This document shows positions 25,899 to 38,735 of a DNA stretch of 64,000 nt, piece after piece. Position numbers and translations under genes: made by a program. The stretch is taken from assembly GCF_006345805.1 (NCBI RefSeq), contig NC_043000.1, positions 77,314,001-77,378,000 on the forward strand, read 5' to 3'. The notes beneath the pieces were generated by a model, which searched no databases, was not told where the DNA came from, and saw only the letters and a list, made by a program, of their open reading frames with translations. Numbering within the stretch: the stretch's first letter is position 1; each line of letters opens with the position of its first letter. Source of the DNA: Octopus sinensis (Eukaryota).

Positions 25899-27011
25899 TA
25901 TATATAAAGAGGGAGAGGGAGGGAAACTTTAGAATGAGAGAAACGTAAAAGACAGAGAGAGACTCAGTCAGATAGAGACAGGGTATAAGATATGAGCCTC
26001 CCACATCCTCTCTCATACACGCAAACGCAAACAGTAATGAAGTACACGCACTTGTGTATGAAGTAACACACATACCTACAACATAAGTGCAAGTTTAGCC
26101 ACACACATGCACACCAAATAATTCGCACATACACAACTCCAAGACATGTTTTGACAGACAAAAGAGCCTCGATATTTTATTAATGACCAGCTTGAATTCT
26201 GCAAAGGTAAAAAAATCCCAAATAATACACATGCATGCATACATACATACATACATACATACATACATACATACATACATACGCACATGAATATTACTTA
26301 CATACACATACATACATGTGATCACCGTGATCACCGTGACCGACCAGGCTATCAGATGTTGCTACACATCGCTGGTCACAATGCGCGAAGCGCATTGTTT
26401 TAGCCTTCTAATGACGCCACCCCGCTGGCTAAGCGAGCAGGCCAGCATACATACATGTATACATACATAAATACACACGTACACGTGCACAACCATATGC
26501 ACATGCATATACACACAGATACATATACACACAGAAACATAAATATCTACGTACATGCTTTCTCTATATATGTAGAGGCATATACATTCATATATACATG
26601 CAAATAGCAACATTTATACATTCTATACTGCCATACATGCATGTACACGCACGCACACACACATACACACACACACATATATAGCTACATAAATGCATGC
26701 ATTCATATATATACACATATACATAACATAATTATATGCATTAATGCTCACTTCAATACCTCATATGTAAAAAAGTTTTATTATTTTCACAGAAAAAAAT
26801 AATAAAACAAAACAATTGAGATCTCAATTGAGAGTAAACATAAAAATCTCTCTTTTCTTGCTGGAGTTTGTGAAGAAAACCCATACTAGAAAATGAAATC
26901 TTTCTTAGGCGCCATTTACATTAAAATTAGACAGTTAAAATAAGTGAAAAATAAAACAAAAACAAAACAATAACAAAGCCTATTTTAATGTTGGGAATCA
27001 TTAAAACATCG

Positions 27012-27082
<71 letters not shown>

Positions 27083-27092
<10 letters not shown>

Positions 27093-27230
27093 AAGCTCGC
27101 ATTTGAACCATTTGGTTTTAGGTCCAGCCCCACTGCATGTCACCTTGCACAAGTGCCTTCGACTATAGCTCCGAGGTGACCTATGACTTGCAAGTGAACT
27201 TGGTAGATAGAAACTGCGTGGACGCCCGTC
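27083..27230 (+). mobile_element. CORE-type SINE (family A), decayed 5' half
   Basis: ggtccagccccactgcatgtcaccttgcacaagtgccttcgactatagc. Confidence 0.65.
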
Positions 27231-27244
27231 GTATATACATATCA

Positions 27245-27960
27245 CTAGTTTTTAACTCGTCCATCGTAGTCGACGATGACCAAGGACATTGTATGAGAGA
27301 AGACAGAACACAGTGTCTGGTTGTGACCAAGCACTCCGATGCGTGCTCGGGAGGCTCTGCGGTAGTCGGGCACTGGTGGTCTGCTGGAATTGAAGGCAAA
27401 GATTTGGCTCTGGACTTGCGCAGTTTGTCTTCATTGTGCTTTTGTAATTCTGTTCGCAGGAGATAACATTTTTGATGGGGCAGTTCACCAGCCAGGGTGG
27501 TCTTGTGTTTCCATTTGCTAGGTATCGGAATTGATCTAAAAGCTCTTCAGTGAGGCTTTTTCTGTCCACGTTGCCTTCTGCTAGTTTACTATAAAACAGT
27601 CTCTAGGGGAGACGCATGACAAGCAGTCGAACGAAGTGCCCCACCCCGCTGACTTTTGACACCTCAGCAGTGTGTAAATGTTAGGCAGATCAGCTCGAGA
27701 TAGGACCTCTGTGTCTGGGACTTTGTCTTGCCAGATGATTTTTAATAGCTTTCTCAGGCAGTTCATATGGAAGCAGTTCAGCATTTTGGCATAGCGTTCG
27801 TAAACCATCCAGGTCTCGCGGGCGCACAGTAGCGTAGACAGTACAACTGCTAGATACACTTTCATGTTGGTGGCCAGTCTAATGCCTCTCTTCTTCCATA
27901 GTAATTCACGTAGCAGTTCGAATGCTGAACTTCTAGAACAACAGGTCGCTTGTGGCCTCA
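27245..27960 (-). mobile_element. RTE (BovB-like) LINE 3' fragment
   Basis: SSAFELLRELLWKKRGIRLATNMKVYLAVVLSTLL..ETW..FHMNCLRKLLKIIWQDKVPDTEVL. RTE-type end ggtcatcgtcgactacgatggacga. Confidence 0.9.
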
Positions 27961-27974
27961 CTCAAGGACGTGCC

Positions 27975-28590
27975 TAGAGTCATGTAGACGAAATTTCCAG
28001 CAACAGTCATGGTCTTCGCCATTTTCTGTAGTGAAAGTGACATATATACCACCCCACTTCTTCCCTGAGAGCCTCAGGCTGAACACTGACAGCTACATTC
28101 GTGTTCTAAGTGAGGCGGTGAAGCCTTAGGTCGACTAGGTAACTGCGGGGAGGTTGTACGTGTGACAGCAAGACTGCGCCCTGCCACACAAACTGGAAGA
28201 CCCAGGCCTGGCTGTCGGAGAGTTTCATTGATCACAAAACATCTGAAATTTGGCTGAAATTCGACTTGTTTGTGTGGGGCGCGGTGGAACAAGAAACCGA
28301 CAAATCCAGTTGCAATACGAAGAACGAGCTAAGGGACAGGATTACCAGGGCCTCCAGGGGTCTAAAATAGGAAGTAGTAAAGAAGGTCTGTGGCCAGTTC
28401 CGAGGTCGCCTGGAGGCCAAAGACGGATTCATCGAGTGAGTTCGACAGAACATGACACTGAGTCAAACTGACCTAATTTTGGCGAATATATCTCAAATAT
28501 AAAAAAAAAAAAACTGTTTTATTTTTTTCCTGAGACAATCATCATGTATTTTACCACTCAATACCGAATGATTTTTACCGGCATTTTGTA
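27975..28590 (+). mobile_element. Tc1/mariner-superfamily (maT/DD37D-like) transposase C-terminal half, decayed
   Basis: KFPATVMV..QQDCAP..TQAWLSESF..DLFVWGAVEQET..EAKDGFIE*. Same type as 46175-47360. Confidence 0.8.
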
Positions 28591-28841
28591 TAAAACTAGA
28601 GTGGGTTTTAATGTAAATGTAAATACCAACTAAAGTGAGAATGATGTCTTCGCTGACTTAGCTAGCGACCAAGCATTATTTTAGCTTTTGAGAGTATCGC
28701 TATCAATATCAGTCAGAAAATAAAATCTCACGTTTTAGTAAAGAATATTTTTACGGATCTTTGTCGACGTACCGCTATAATTGTTCAGGAAAAACGTCTA
28801 AATGCACATTTGAAAGAGTTTTCTATGCCTATACGTCTAGC

Positions 28842-28903
<62 letters not shown>

Positions 28904-29009
28904 TCACTCACATACGCGTGCTTCAAACCAAATACTGGGTTCATGCCTAAAATACGTGAGTAGGGGTGGAATGTCCCAATAAAATAAAAAAATAATAGGC
29001 CTGACATTG

Positions 29010-29510
29010 ATTTGGGATAGAGATGAGAAACTCTGTACAGATGTGGAAATCAGCTGCCTAGCGAATATTAACATAAAGCTGAAAATAAGTGAAAAAGAAA
29101 ATACTTACGCTGAGCTATTGAGAAATCTGCAGTAACTCTATCCAGATTACAAGCCCAGGTTTATACCTGTAATTATTGGGGCACTACCTAAATAACAATC
29201 TTGAGAAATTAAGTTTCTCAAAATCAGAAAGGAGAAAGCTGATTCGAAGACTACAGACCCAATCTATCACTCTAAAACTTGTCAGAAGTTTATCATTTAC
29301 GTATATATGAGCATGTGAAGACATGCGACTATATACATGAGAAAACGTACATAAGGTAAAACATATAAATCTGTACACATACATACATACAAAAATATCC
29401 TGTTGATGTTGTTGAAATTTCAATGAAGGAACCTCGGATCTAGGTTAGAAACCAGTTCTTCTCTATTGGCGAGAAATCTTGAAATAAAACTGAATAATGA
29501 CATACATAAG
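29010..29510 (+). mobile_element. R4/Dong-like LINE 3' end
   Basis: Aligns to 62830-63110 (EKENTYAELLRNLQ..FIPVIIGAL) plus the 3' UTR, ending at ..gaataatgacatacata. Confidence 0.8.
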
Positions 29511-29673
29511 CACGCGCGCGCGCACATATATGTATATATACATATCTAATACACACACACACTCACGCATGCACACACACACACACGCACGCATATATAT
29601 CGGTGTGTGTTATTATATTCAGTTATAATAAAAACAAATTTACATTTCAGTTCTATATTTAAGAGATGAGGAA

Positions 29674-30513
29674 TTATTTACATTCGACGGATATTTGTCC
29701 TCATCTTGTTTGTTGTTAACACAACGTTTCAGCAGATATATCTTCCAGTCTTCTTCAAGTGTCTTGGGGAAATTTCAAACCTGGGGTCTCATTTCTAAGG
29801 TATTTTTCGATGTTATTATTGTTGTTGTTAATAATAATAATAATTATTATTATTGTTCAGGTCACTGAATCGAACTCGGAATCTTGGGGTCAGTAGCCCG
29901 CGCTCTTAACCACTATGCCATATGCCCGTGGGCAACTATGGAGTGAATTTTAGGGCTTATAAATCTAAAATTTTTCCATCCTTCCCTAATACTGGTTCCC
30001 ATCTCCTGCTCATATCTGCACTCGGTCTGCTTAGGAGGTTGTTGTGTCCTAGCATATGTGCTGCTTCTTTTATTTTTCGTATTTTCCAGTGGTGTTCTCT
30101 GTCTATTATTTTAACTTCATCCCACAGGGGGAGGTTGTCTCCATTTTTCCATACATGATCAGCTATACCCGATTTATCAATATCTCCTCGTGTCACAACT
30201 TTGCAATGTTCGTCTACCCTTATTTTGAGGGGGCGGTATGTTTCGCCTTTGCATAACCTACCACAGCTGCATGGAATAGAGTACACGCAGTCTTTGGTCA
30301 TATTCTCTTCTATTGGTGGTTTTACTCGAAGGAGATATTTTCGAAGTGTTGTAATACTCTTGAATACTGTTCTGATGTTATATGGGCCGCATATCTTTTG
30401 TATCTTTTCGGAGAGGCCTTTCACATAGGGTAGACAGACTGAAGGGTATATCAGTCGAAACGTTGTGTTAACAACAAACAAGATGAGGACAAATATCCGT
30501 CGAATGTAAATAA
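29674..30513 (-). mobile_element. Penelope/Poseidon-type PLE 3' fragment with inverted pLTR piece
   Basis: ORF 29957-30481: LPYVKGLSEKI..VYSIPCSCG..GETYRPLKIRVDEH (GIY-YIG). Segment 29674-29750 is mirrored at 30437-30513. Confidence 0.9.
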
Positions 30514-30529
30514 TGTAAATTTACATTTG

Positions 30530-31400
30530 ATATGAAGGGTTACTCTATACTTTTGTAGAGCACAAATTTATTATTCTTAAACAAGAATGTTATTGACTGT
30601 AACTCCGAAGTTTAGGCCACCTACAGCAGTGTCGGAGTGCGATGCACTGAAGTTAAACTTTGCTTTATATAGTCTTTGGGTAGGTGTAAAGGTTGTTCGT
30701 CGATATGTTTCTCACTAGGGAGTTCATTGTTCTATACGCAATTTGATTAATATGTAGAAATTTTAGCCTTGTAGAGGACATGATAGAAGTGTTCTACAAC
30801 TGCAATTGTTATTATGTGTATGATTTAGGTTTTCCCTTTTAGACAATTTAAGATAGTGTTTTCAAAGTTGTTGGATGTAGAGTATGACAATTTTACATTG
30901 CGTTGCAGTTGGGGTGGAAGTGCTTTTTGCAGTAGTTTCAAAAATAATTTAGAAAGAAACTGTCATTCAAGAAATATCGTATGTAGCGAAGCGGTAGACA
31001 TATGGTCAAAAAATAATTTAGAAGGAGACTGCCTCACAAGAAATATCGTATGCAGTGCAATGGTAACCCCGAACACGACACCAACTACTATTCTAGAGCT
31101 AACCAGTTTAAGACATACTACAACCAACGCTCGTACACTTATCGCAACCCAAACAGAAAAATGATACGTCACTATTCAAACGTTTATGGATATTGAACTA
31201 AAAAAAAATCTGTTTAGCTCTAATTGGAATATACTCTCACACAACCATGCCAGGGTAACAACGAACCCTAACTTTGCATGAATGAATCCTATCACATTCT
31301 CACATTCAAGAACCAAATTCTGAACCGAAACTCAGAACTAGTCTCTTCATACAAGCACAAAATCTTAAAAATACTAAAACCAACAATTTTACTAACTACT
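30530..31400. mobile_element. Two divergently oriented PLE GIY-YIG fragments (30530-30950 minus; 30960-31400 plus)
   Basis: Minus: NVKLSYSTSNN..NNCSCRTLLSCPLQG. Plus: LEGDCLTRNIVCSA..LCMNESYHIL..LNRNSELVS. Same type as 48344-49550. Confidence 0.75.
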
Positions 31401-31564
31401 AAACATGCAAATAACTCACCACCTTCTCTCATTTCACCTACATCATAAACAATCCTATAATATGCATAAAAACATTTTAAAATTCTTACACTAAAGTAAG
31501 GCAGAAATTATCTCTCAACAAAAGATTTTCCAACATAAGAGTACATTCACGTAAATATATATTT

Positions 31565-31680
31565 ATTACCAAACACATGGTTCCGGGTTCAGTCCCACTG
31601 CGTGGCACCTTGGGCAAGTGTTTTCTTTTATAGCCTCGGTCCGACCAAAGGGAGTTTTATTTCGGTTGTGTGACTTTAGC
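31565..31680 (+). mobile_element. CORE-type SINE (family A), 5' part
   Basis: cacatggttccgggttcagtcccactgcgtggcaccttgggcaagtg is identical to the 34141 copy. Confidence 0.85.
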
Positions 31681-31981
31681 GCATTGTGTGCGCATTGAGT
31701 GCGCGTGGGTATGTTTATGAGAGGGAGAGAGAGAGAGAGAAAGAAAGAGAGAGAGAGTGTGTGTATGCTTGTATGCATATAAAGTATATATACATATACG
31801 CAAGCACATATATATGTATTTGTGTGATACGCATGTTTATATATGCGTGTGTGTGTGTGGTTGTGTGTATATGTGTGTGTGTGTTTGTGTATGTGTGTGT
31901 GTGTGTGTGTGAAGTATGTCTGCGGATTATACATGTAATTTCTCTCTCTTTCTGTCTGTCTGTCCCTCTCACTCTCTCTCT

Positions 31982-32022
<41 letters not shown>

Positions 32023-32363
32023 CCGTGGAAGAATGTGTGAATGTAGGTTTGAGATGGGGGATTTAGTGGAAGTTGAGAGAGGAAATGAGATTTTATTTAT
32101 TTAGTTACGTTGAATATTTAACTTGAGGCTTTAAGTGTAAGCACTTGAATAGGAACGAAGGGCTGGAGACAGAAAATACAACATTATTAAAGAGGCATAC
32201 ATAAATACACAACGTGTGTATATGAGTGTGTGAGTGTGCATGTGTGTGTGTGTTGTGCGTGCGTGAGTGAGTGAGAAAGAGAGGGGAGAGAAAGAGAGGG
32301 AGAGAGAAAGAGAGGGAGAGAGAAAGAGAGAGAGAGAGAGAGAGGGTGTTTGTGTGTGCGCGC

Positions 32364-32409
<46 letters not shown>

Positions 32410-33098
32410 TGATGGAAACTGTTTAGGCGTGTTCGTGTGAGTACGGGTGTGATAATGTGTTGCAGGAAAAATCAAAGTTAAAAATCGAAAATAAAAAACA
32501 GAAAAAATTTAAAGGAAACGCGAAAGTATGTAGAATGGTGATAGTGGGAGGAGGAAATGTGCTGTGTGATCTTTGTTGACCTTGTACTTTGCATATCAGC
32601 TATATAAACAGTCAGCTGTGGGCTCTGTTGGGTGGGATTTGGTAGCCTAAGGGTAGGAGATGAGGAAAGAGATTCCTTAATTTGTTTTTTGCTTTTGTAA
32701 TGCTCAACGCTGTATGTGTGTGTATGAGCGTGTGTATGTGTTTGTGTGTGTGTGTGTGTGTGTGTTATGATGTACCCAAGATCAGATACATTGAACAGAA
32801 AGACGAACGCACTCGAGCTCCCGCACATGCATACACACAAACGCCAATTAAACACGCACGCTCTCTTTCTCTCTATCTCTCTTCCCCTCTCCCTTCTCAC
32901 GGGCTAGATGATGCATTGTTTCACAAATGTATATATATATATATATCTACACGAATATGTAGATGAATGTGAGTGTGTGTGTGTGTGTATGTATGCATGT
33001 ATGTGAGAGTATATATATATGTACACGCGTGTACATTACAAGTGCCAGTGTGTGTATGTGTGTGTGTGAGTGTGTGTATGTGTGAGTGTGTGTGTGAG

Positions 33099-33142
<44 letters not shown>

Positions 33143-33966
33143 CGAGTGAGAAGCCAATCGGAAGATAGGAAATCCAGCATATTTGGTAGGAGTTACAAAA
33201 TATTTAATTACAACCTGGCAACTTAAAAGTTTTGTAGGCTTATCAAACGAAAATATCTTGTCAGGCTTATATATAATGCATATATCTTACTTCTCATTTT
33301 CCCGGCCCTTCTTTTACACTCACTACTTCTCTGTCTCTATTGTTTCAATATTCCCGAATTTCTTTTGCTTGCCTGCCATTATTTTCCCCCCTTTCGTTCG
33401 GAAAAGCTGTTACTTCATTCCTCGTCGAACTTTTATCGAACTTTTCCCGTTCGATAAACCTTCTCTTCACTCTCAGCAACTAGAAATCCTTACTGACACT
33501 ATTGCATTGATTTTATCCACTTATATATGTGCACTAGTATATCATCTCCATCAATTGTCGTGTGTGTGTGTGTGTGTATATATATATAAATTAAGTTTCG
33601 GTTGAATTACGTTCTTAAATTGAAGCACCACCCCTATATCTTGACTCCCACAATTTTCCTCTGTTACACTCAAAGGCTTAATAAGATATGCATTTTTTTT
33701 CTAAACTCATTCTTCTACAAATATAAAACATAAAGAAACAACGTAATTATTATGGTTTCCGGTATTGATATAGATTTGTTAAAAATGGTTTATCCTTTAT
33801 GTTGGAAATCTATATGATCATCTACGTCTAGAAGAGCGGTTGCTTTCAAATTGATGTAATGTTTTCATTGATTGATTAAGTGGAGCCGCTTGAAACAGCT
33901 GCAGCCGTAATGTATTAATACCTGGACATCCTTGTTACTTATTTACTTTCTATGTATATATATATG

Positions 33967-33997
<31 letters not shown>

Positions 33998-34140
33998 TAT
34001 ATATGGAAAATGTATTGTAATAGTAATACTCAGTTTCGCACCTTTAATGATAACATATATATGTACATAAGAAATTAAAGAAGGAAAATGCACACACTTT
34101 ACATTGTTTTAATATGATTTTTTATACATCTTTTATACAT

Positions 34141-34527
34141 AGGCGTAGGAGTGGCTGTGTGGTAAGTAGCTTGCTTACGAACCACATGGTTCCGGGTTCA
34201 GTCCCACTGCGTGGCACCTTGGGCAAGTGTCTTCTACTATAGCCTCGGGCCGACCAAAGCCTTGTGAGTGGATTTGGTATATATGTATATATATGTATGT
34301 GTATGTGTATATGTTTGTGTGTCTGTGTTTGTCCCCCCAACATCTGTTGACAACCGATGCTGGTGTGTTTACGTCCCCGTAACTTAGCGGTTCGGCAAAA
34401 GAGCCCGATAGAATAAGTACTGGGCTTACAAAGAATAAGTCCTGGGGTCGATTTGCTCGATTAAAAGGTGGTGCTCCAGCATAGCCGCATTCAAATGACT
34501 GAAACAAGTAAAAGAGTAAAAGAGTAG
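34141..34527 (+). mobile_element. Near full-length tRNA-derived CORE-type SINE (family A; resembles octopus OR-type SINEs)
   Basis: A box tggctgtgtggtaag, B box ggttcagtccc, CORE-like gcaccttgggcaagtg, tail (aagagta)n. The family name is my recognition, not a search result. Confidence 0.85.
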
Positions 34528-34938
34528 AGAGTATCCTACGTTGTGTTTGTCGACTGGTTTCGCTTTCACTAATCATGGCATTAAAATTTATTCAAATACG
34601 TACTTTCATAAAAAAGTTTATTTTATCCATGTTGTGTGCGGAGTTTAGGAATGAATGATTCAACAAGTAGAAACATCTAAGGGGAGGTTATTGATTATCA
34701 TTATTATTGTGGACAGGGGAGATGATTGTTCATCTTTCGGTGGTGGTGGTGGTGGTGGGGAATATGTATATACACAAACATTCAAAATCTAGAGTAGTGG
34801 GGAGAAATATGTACGGTGATGGGCATGTAATCGTGAATTATAATATGTATAGAGATCAAAGTTGGTTATGCGTGCAGAAAATACTGAACACGTCTAAAAA
34901 ACTCTTCTTAAGAAAATACGTATTTAAATAAATTTTAA

Positions 34939-34971
34939 TGTCATGATTAGCGAAAGCGAAACCGGTCGACA
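34939..34971 (+). ncRNA. Minimal type-I hammerhead-like motif with variant core AUGAUUA
   Basis: tgtc-ATGATTA-gc(gaaa)gc-GAA-accggt-C-gaca. Stem I tgtc/gaca, palindromic stem III, GUC triplet. Confidence 0.65.
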
Positions 34972-35096
34972 AACACAATATAAGATATATTAAAAATTAT
35001 ATTAAAACTATATAAAATGCGTGCATTTTCGTTCTTTAATTTCTTATTTATATTACAACTCATCACGTGGCGATAATCGAAATTCCTCCCTTTCTG

Positions 35097-35181
<85 letters not shown>

Positions 35182-35244
35182 GGCGGTGACCCAGCATGGC
35201 CACAGCTCGTGAGCTGAAACTAGATAAAATAAAATAAAATAAAT

Positions 35245-35282
<38 letters not shown>

Positions 35283-35291
<9 letters not shown>

Positions 35292-36904
35292 AAATAAGAA
35301 AATGGAGAAATACATCCAAATCCAATATCAATTACCAGATAATATCCAATCACATACTTTATTAAACCACCACATAAGAAAGTATAAGGTTAAACATAAT
35401 GTAGAACAAAACAGTGTACATAAAGGAGTGTACATAAAGGAGTAATGTTATACAATAAGTACAATATTGTTACGAATACCTGCCGTCGCTCAAACTCTTC
35501 GGAAACCCGGGACCCTACCAAGTCGAGCGACGACGATCGACCGGCTCGATCGAACGGTGAATTCGCCCCGGACTCAGAGAGAGAATTCGGTGGGGGAAGG
35601 CGGCAGCGAACTAGGCAACCGGCGACCGGAGAGAACAACAACAAACAACAGCAGGAAGAGACACAGAGAGACACGGCGGAAAGCAATTTGGCTTACGTTT
35701 AACAACAGTTTATGACAATTACGACATCAAATACAATGTAAAATACATCAGGTACATCAAAGAGAATAACATGCAACAAAATTAACAAGATCAAAGCATG
35801 CAGGTACAATATACAGTCCGGAGACAACAGTTCAGATCAAATTAAACAAATAATGTTCACGATACAGTTCAAATTGATACAATATAGTTCAGAGTTCAAT
35901 GTTCTACATTAGAGTCTTTCTCTTTCTTTTTCAACAACTCTTTAACACAATTCACAATGTTCTTTATAATCTCATTTCTTTAATTCAGTACTTCTTCCTC
36001 CTTTTTTCATATCAATCTTTTACATTTCAACAATTCTTTTTCCTTCTTTAACACATCAAAACATAAACAAACATACCGTTACGAGTTCCTACTACAAAGC
36101 CAATGCCTTCACGCCGTAATCTCCCCCACCTTCTCAATCCTCTGTGTATGTCTTTCTCAACGTTGTCGCTGCCTCTCGCTCTTCTTAATCCTATCTGCCT
36201 GTCTTCCTCTACTCTGTCTCCGGCGGAACCACCTGTCACCAACTCGCTCTGTTCCCCGACTGACCAACAGACTCACAGCTCCTGCTTTTTAAAGGGTAGC
36301 TTCCTCGACCCTTCTTTGACCAGCACAAGGCCAAAGGTCTCCTCAAAACTCATTAATCCTTCCAGAATCTGACGGAACAAAGGACAATAACTTTATATCC
36401 CAGACGTCAAGACTCCAGACCAGCAAAAGTAGGTCATAGCACTGTTTCCGAATTGACCCCCATAACAATATGTATAAGAGAATATAAATATAAGTATGTA
36501 CCCAAACCTATATAAGTGTGTATGTAATCTGATTTGTATCACATAATCTACGAAGAGGCCTTAGGATATTTTTGTAAATGTCTCATTTATAACTACATAT
36601 TGACCTACCCTAAATGGCTAATATAAGTAAAATGAGACATAATTATCTGCGTGACCGAAACAGCTGTAAGATGTAGTCTATATTTATATTTATATTTACT
36701 TATATTTATATTCTCTTATACATATTGTACTTATTGTATAACATTATTCCTTTACGTATACTCCTTTATGTACACTGTTTTGTTCTACATTATTACGTTT
36801 AACCTTATAGTTTCTTATGTGGTGGTTTAATAAAGTATGTGATTGGGTATTATCTGGTATTTGATATTGGATTTGGATGTATTTCTCCATTTTCTTATTT
36901 TGTA
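35283..36904. repeat. Foldback element with inverted arms of about 210 bp, left arm split by a solo LTR
   Basis: 35283-35467 plus 36468-36495 mirror 36690-36904. Confidence 0.85.
35468..36467. mobile_element. Solo LTR (1000 bp) with 4-bp TSD
   Basis: TGTTA...TAACA termini. ATAT on both sides (35464-35467, 36468-36471). Removing it restores the foldback arm. Confidence 0.85.
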
Positions 36905-37214
36905 TTATGAATTTGTGGTAAAACATTTTACCTTTGCCCATATAATACAGTAAATGAATTAATTGCATCGCAATTCTTAACATTTATGTATTAACTTTGT
37001 TGGGTACTTCACTAGCAGTATATTGGATATATGTTATCCCATGAAGGGTTGCATTTACAACCCCTATCTCAGTTTGTATATATATATATATACATATATA
37101 TATATACATATATATATATACATATATATGTGTGTGTGTGTATACACGCTGTGTCCTTGAGCAAGGCAGTTTATTTCACGTTGTTCCAATCCGCTCATCT
37201 GACAAAACGAGTTG

Positions 37215-37790
37215 TACTTGTAATTCAAAGAGGCCGTATTGTGGGTCATTCTGAAGGTGGACATAGTCAGCGTAAAATCGCTGAAAAGCTTGGGATCCCG
37301 CTTTCTGTAGGAGTGATTATGCAATTCAGTAGAAAGGCAAGGAGTCCACATCAGCTCACCCAGATGAACCAGGGCCCTCTGACAGAGCCCTTCTCTTTGT
37401 TAAGAGAAGTGTGGAAGATAATCCTCATTGCAAGGTCTCTGACATAGTAGAACAAGTTGATGTCAGTCCCAGAACAGCTGTCAGGTATCTCCACAAACTT
37501 GGTTACTATTGCAGAGCAGCAAGAAGGAAACCACTTCTTCAACCAGCCAACATCAAGCAGAGAAAAGATTGGGCCAGTGACATGGTGGAGAGGCCACTAG
37601 CATTTTGGGACACAGTCATATTCTCCAGTGAGCTCAGAATTGCTGTATTCTCTGACAGTGGTCGAGTGTGAGTCTGGGGTGTCTGTGATCAAAAAGTTGA
37701 TGTGAAAAGATTGCAGCCAACAATGAAACACAGCAACTATTCTTTGATGGTCTGGGAGCAATTTGGAGCAATGCGTTTTTTTAGATATTT
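37215..37790 (+). mobile_element. Tc1-like transposase N-terminal half, decayed
   Basis: QRGRIVG..GHSQRKIAEKLGI (HTH); LHKLGYYCRAARRKPLL..WDTVIFSSE (degenerate FSDE). Confidence 0.8.
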
Positions 37791-38440
37791 ATTTTGCTTG
37801 AAATAGTCGGTTCTTTGGGTCAAACTATTCATCCCCATCTGCTTCAGATGTCAAGATATCAAAAATTGTCAAGAGTAGTGCAAAGGTTTTGCTATGAAAT
37901 GGTGAAACTATTTTCATTTTCTGAAAAAGCAACGAAAGAATGATGCACTTATCTCTTTGCTGAGATGTACTGGAATTTATTTTATGATGTTGATGGGATT
38001 GTGTTGAGATATATAATGAGATGTTTGGTTTCTTGAAAGATCCATAAGATTTAGAGTTTAGCATTGAGTTTAGAGTTTCGCATCGATTGTCAATCTTAAA
38101 AAGACATAATTGAATGTTATTATTATTCGCTTACGTACATAAAAGATCAAACAAATTCCGAGATGTCGACATGAACTAAAATTCTTCCTTGAAGGTGACA
38201 AACGGCAACTGAGGATCGCCATATTTAAGGCTTAGAATCACCTACTTTCTATATGTTAACGCATGTGGTTGACCGATAAATTAAAAACTTCGGCGTTAAT
38301 TACCTTAAACAATTCAAAATATGCAAGTCTACACTCATTTCCAGTAATGATGATAATAATGATAATAATAATAACAACAGCAATAATAGTAGTAAAAAGT
38401 AAATGTTCTACTAAATACCATAACACAGCGAAAATAACTG

Positions 38441-38533
<93 letters not shown>

Positions 38534-38649
38534 GTCTGTCTGTCTGTCTATCTGTCTGTCTAGCTATCTATTAATCTTATATATATATATAATGTATCTA
38601 AGGATAGATAGATAGATACTGTATTATATATATATATATATTATAATAT

Positions 38650-38699
<50 letters not shown>

Positions 38700-38735
38700 A
38701 TATATATATAGTATGTATATATATATATATATATA

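Larger units (their letters stand above)
34060..35050. mobile_element. PLE remnant: inverted HHR-bearing pLTR arms around about 310 bp, left arm split by a SINE
   Basis: 34541-34602 mirrors 34917-34978, and 34060-34140 mirrors about 34985-35050. The interior matches 51950-52260. Confidence 0.75.

Noticed and set aside
29865-29927. Functional tRNA gene (also 855-925 and the SINE heads)
   Set aside because: Acceptor and T stems do not close, and no poly-T terminator follows; these are tRNA-derived repeats.
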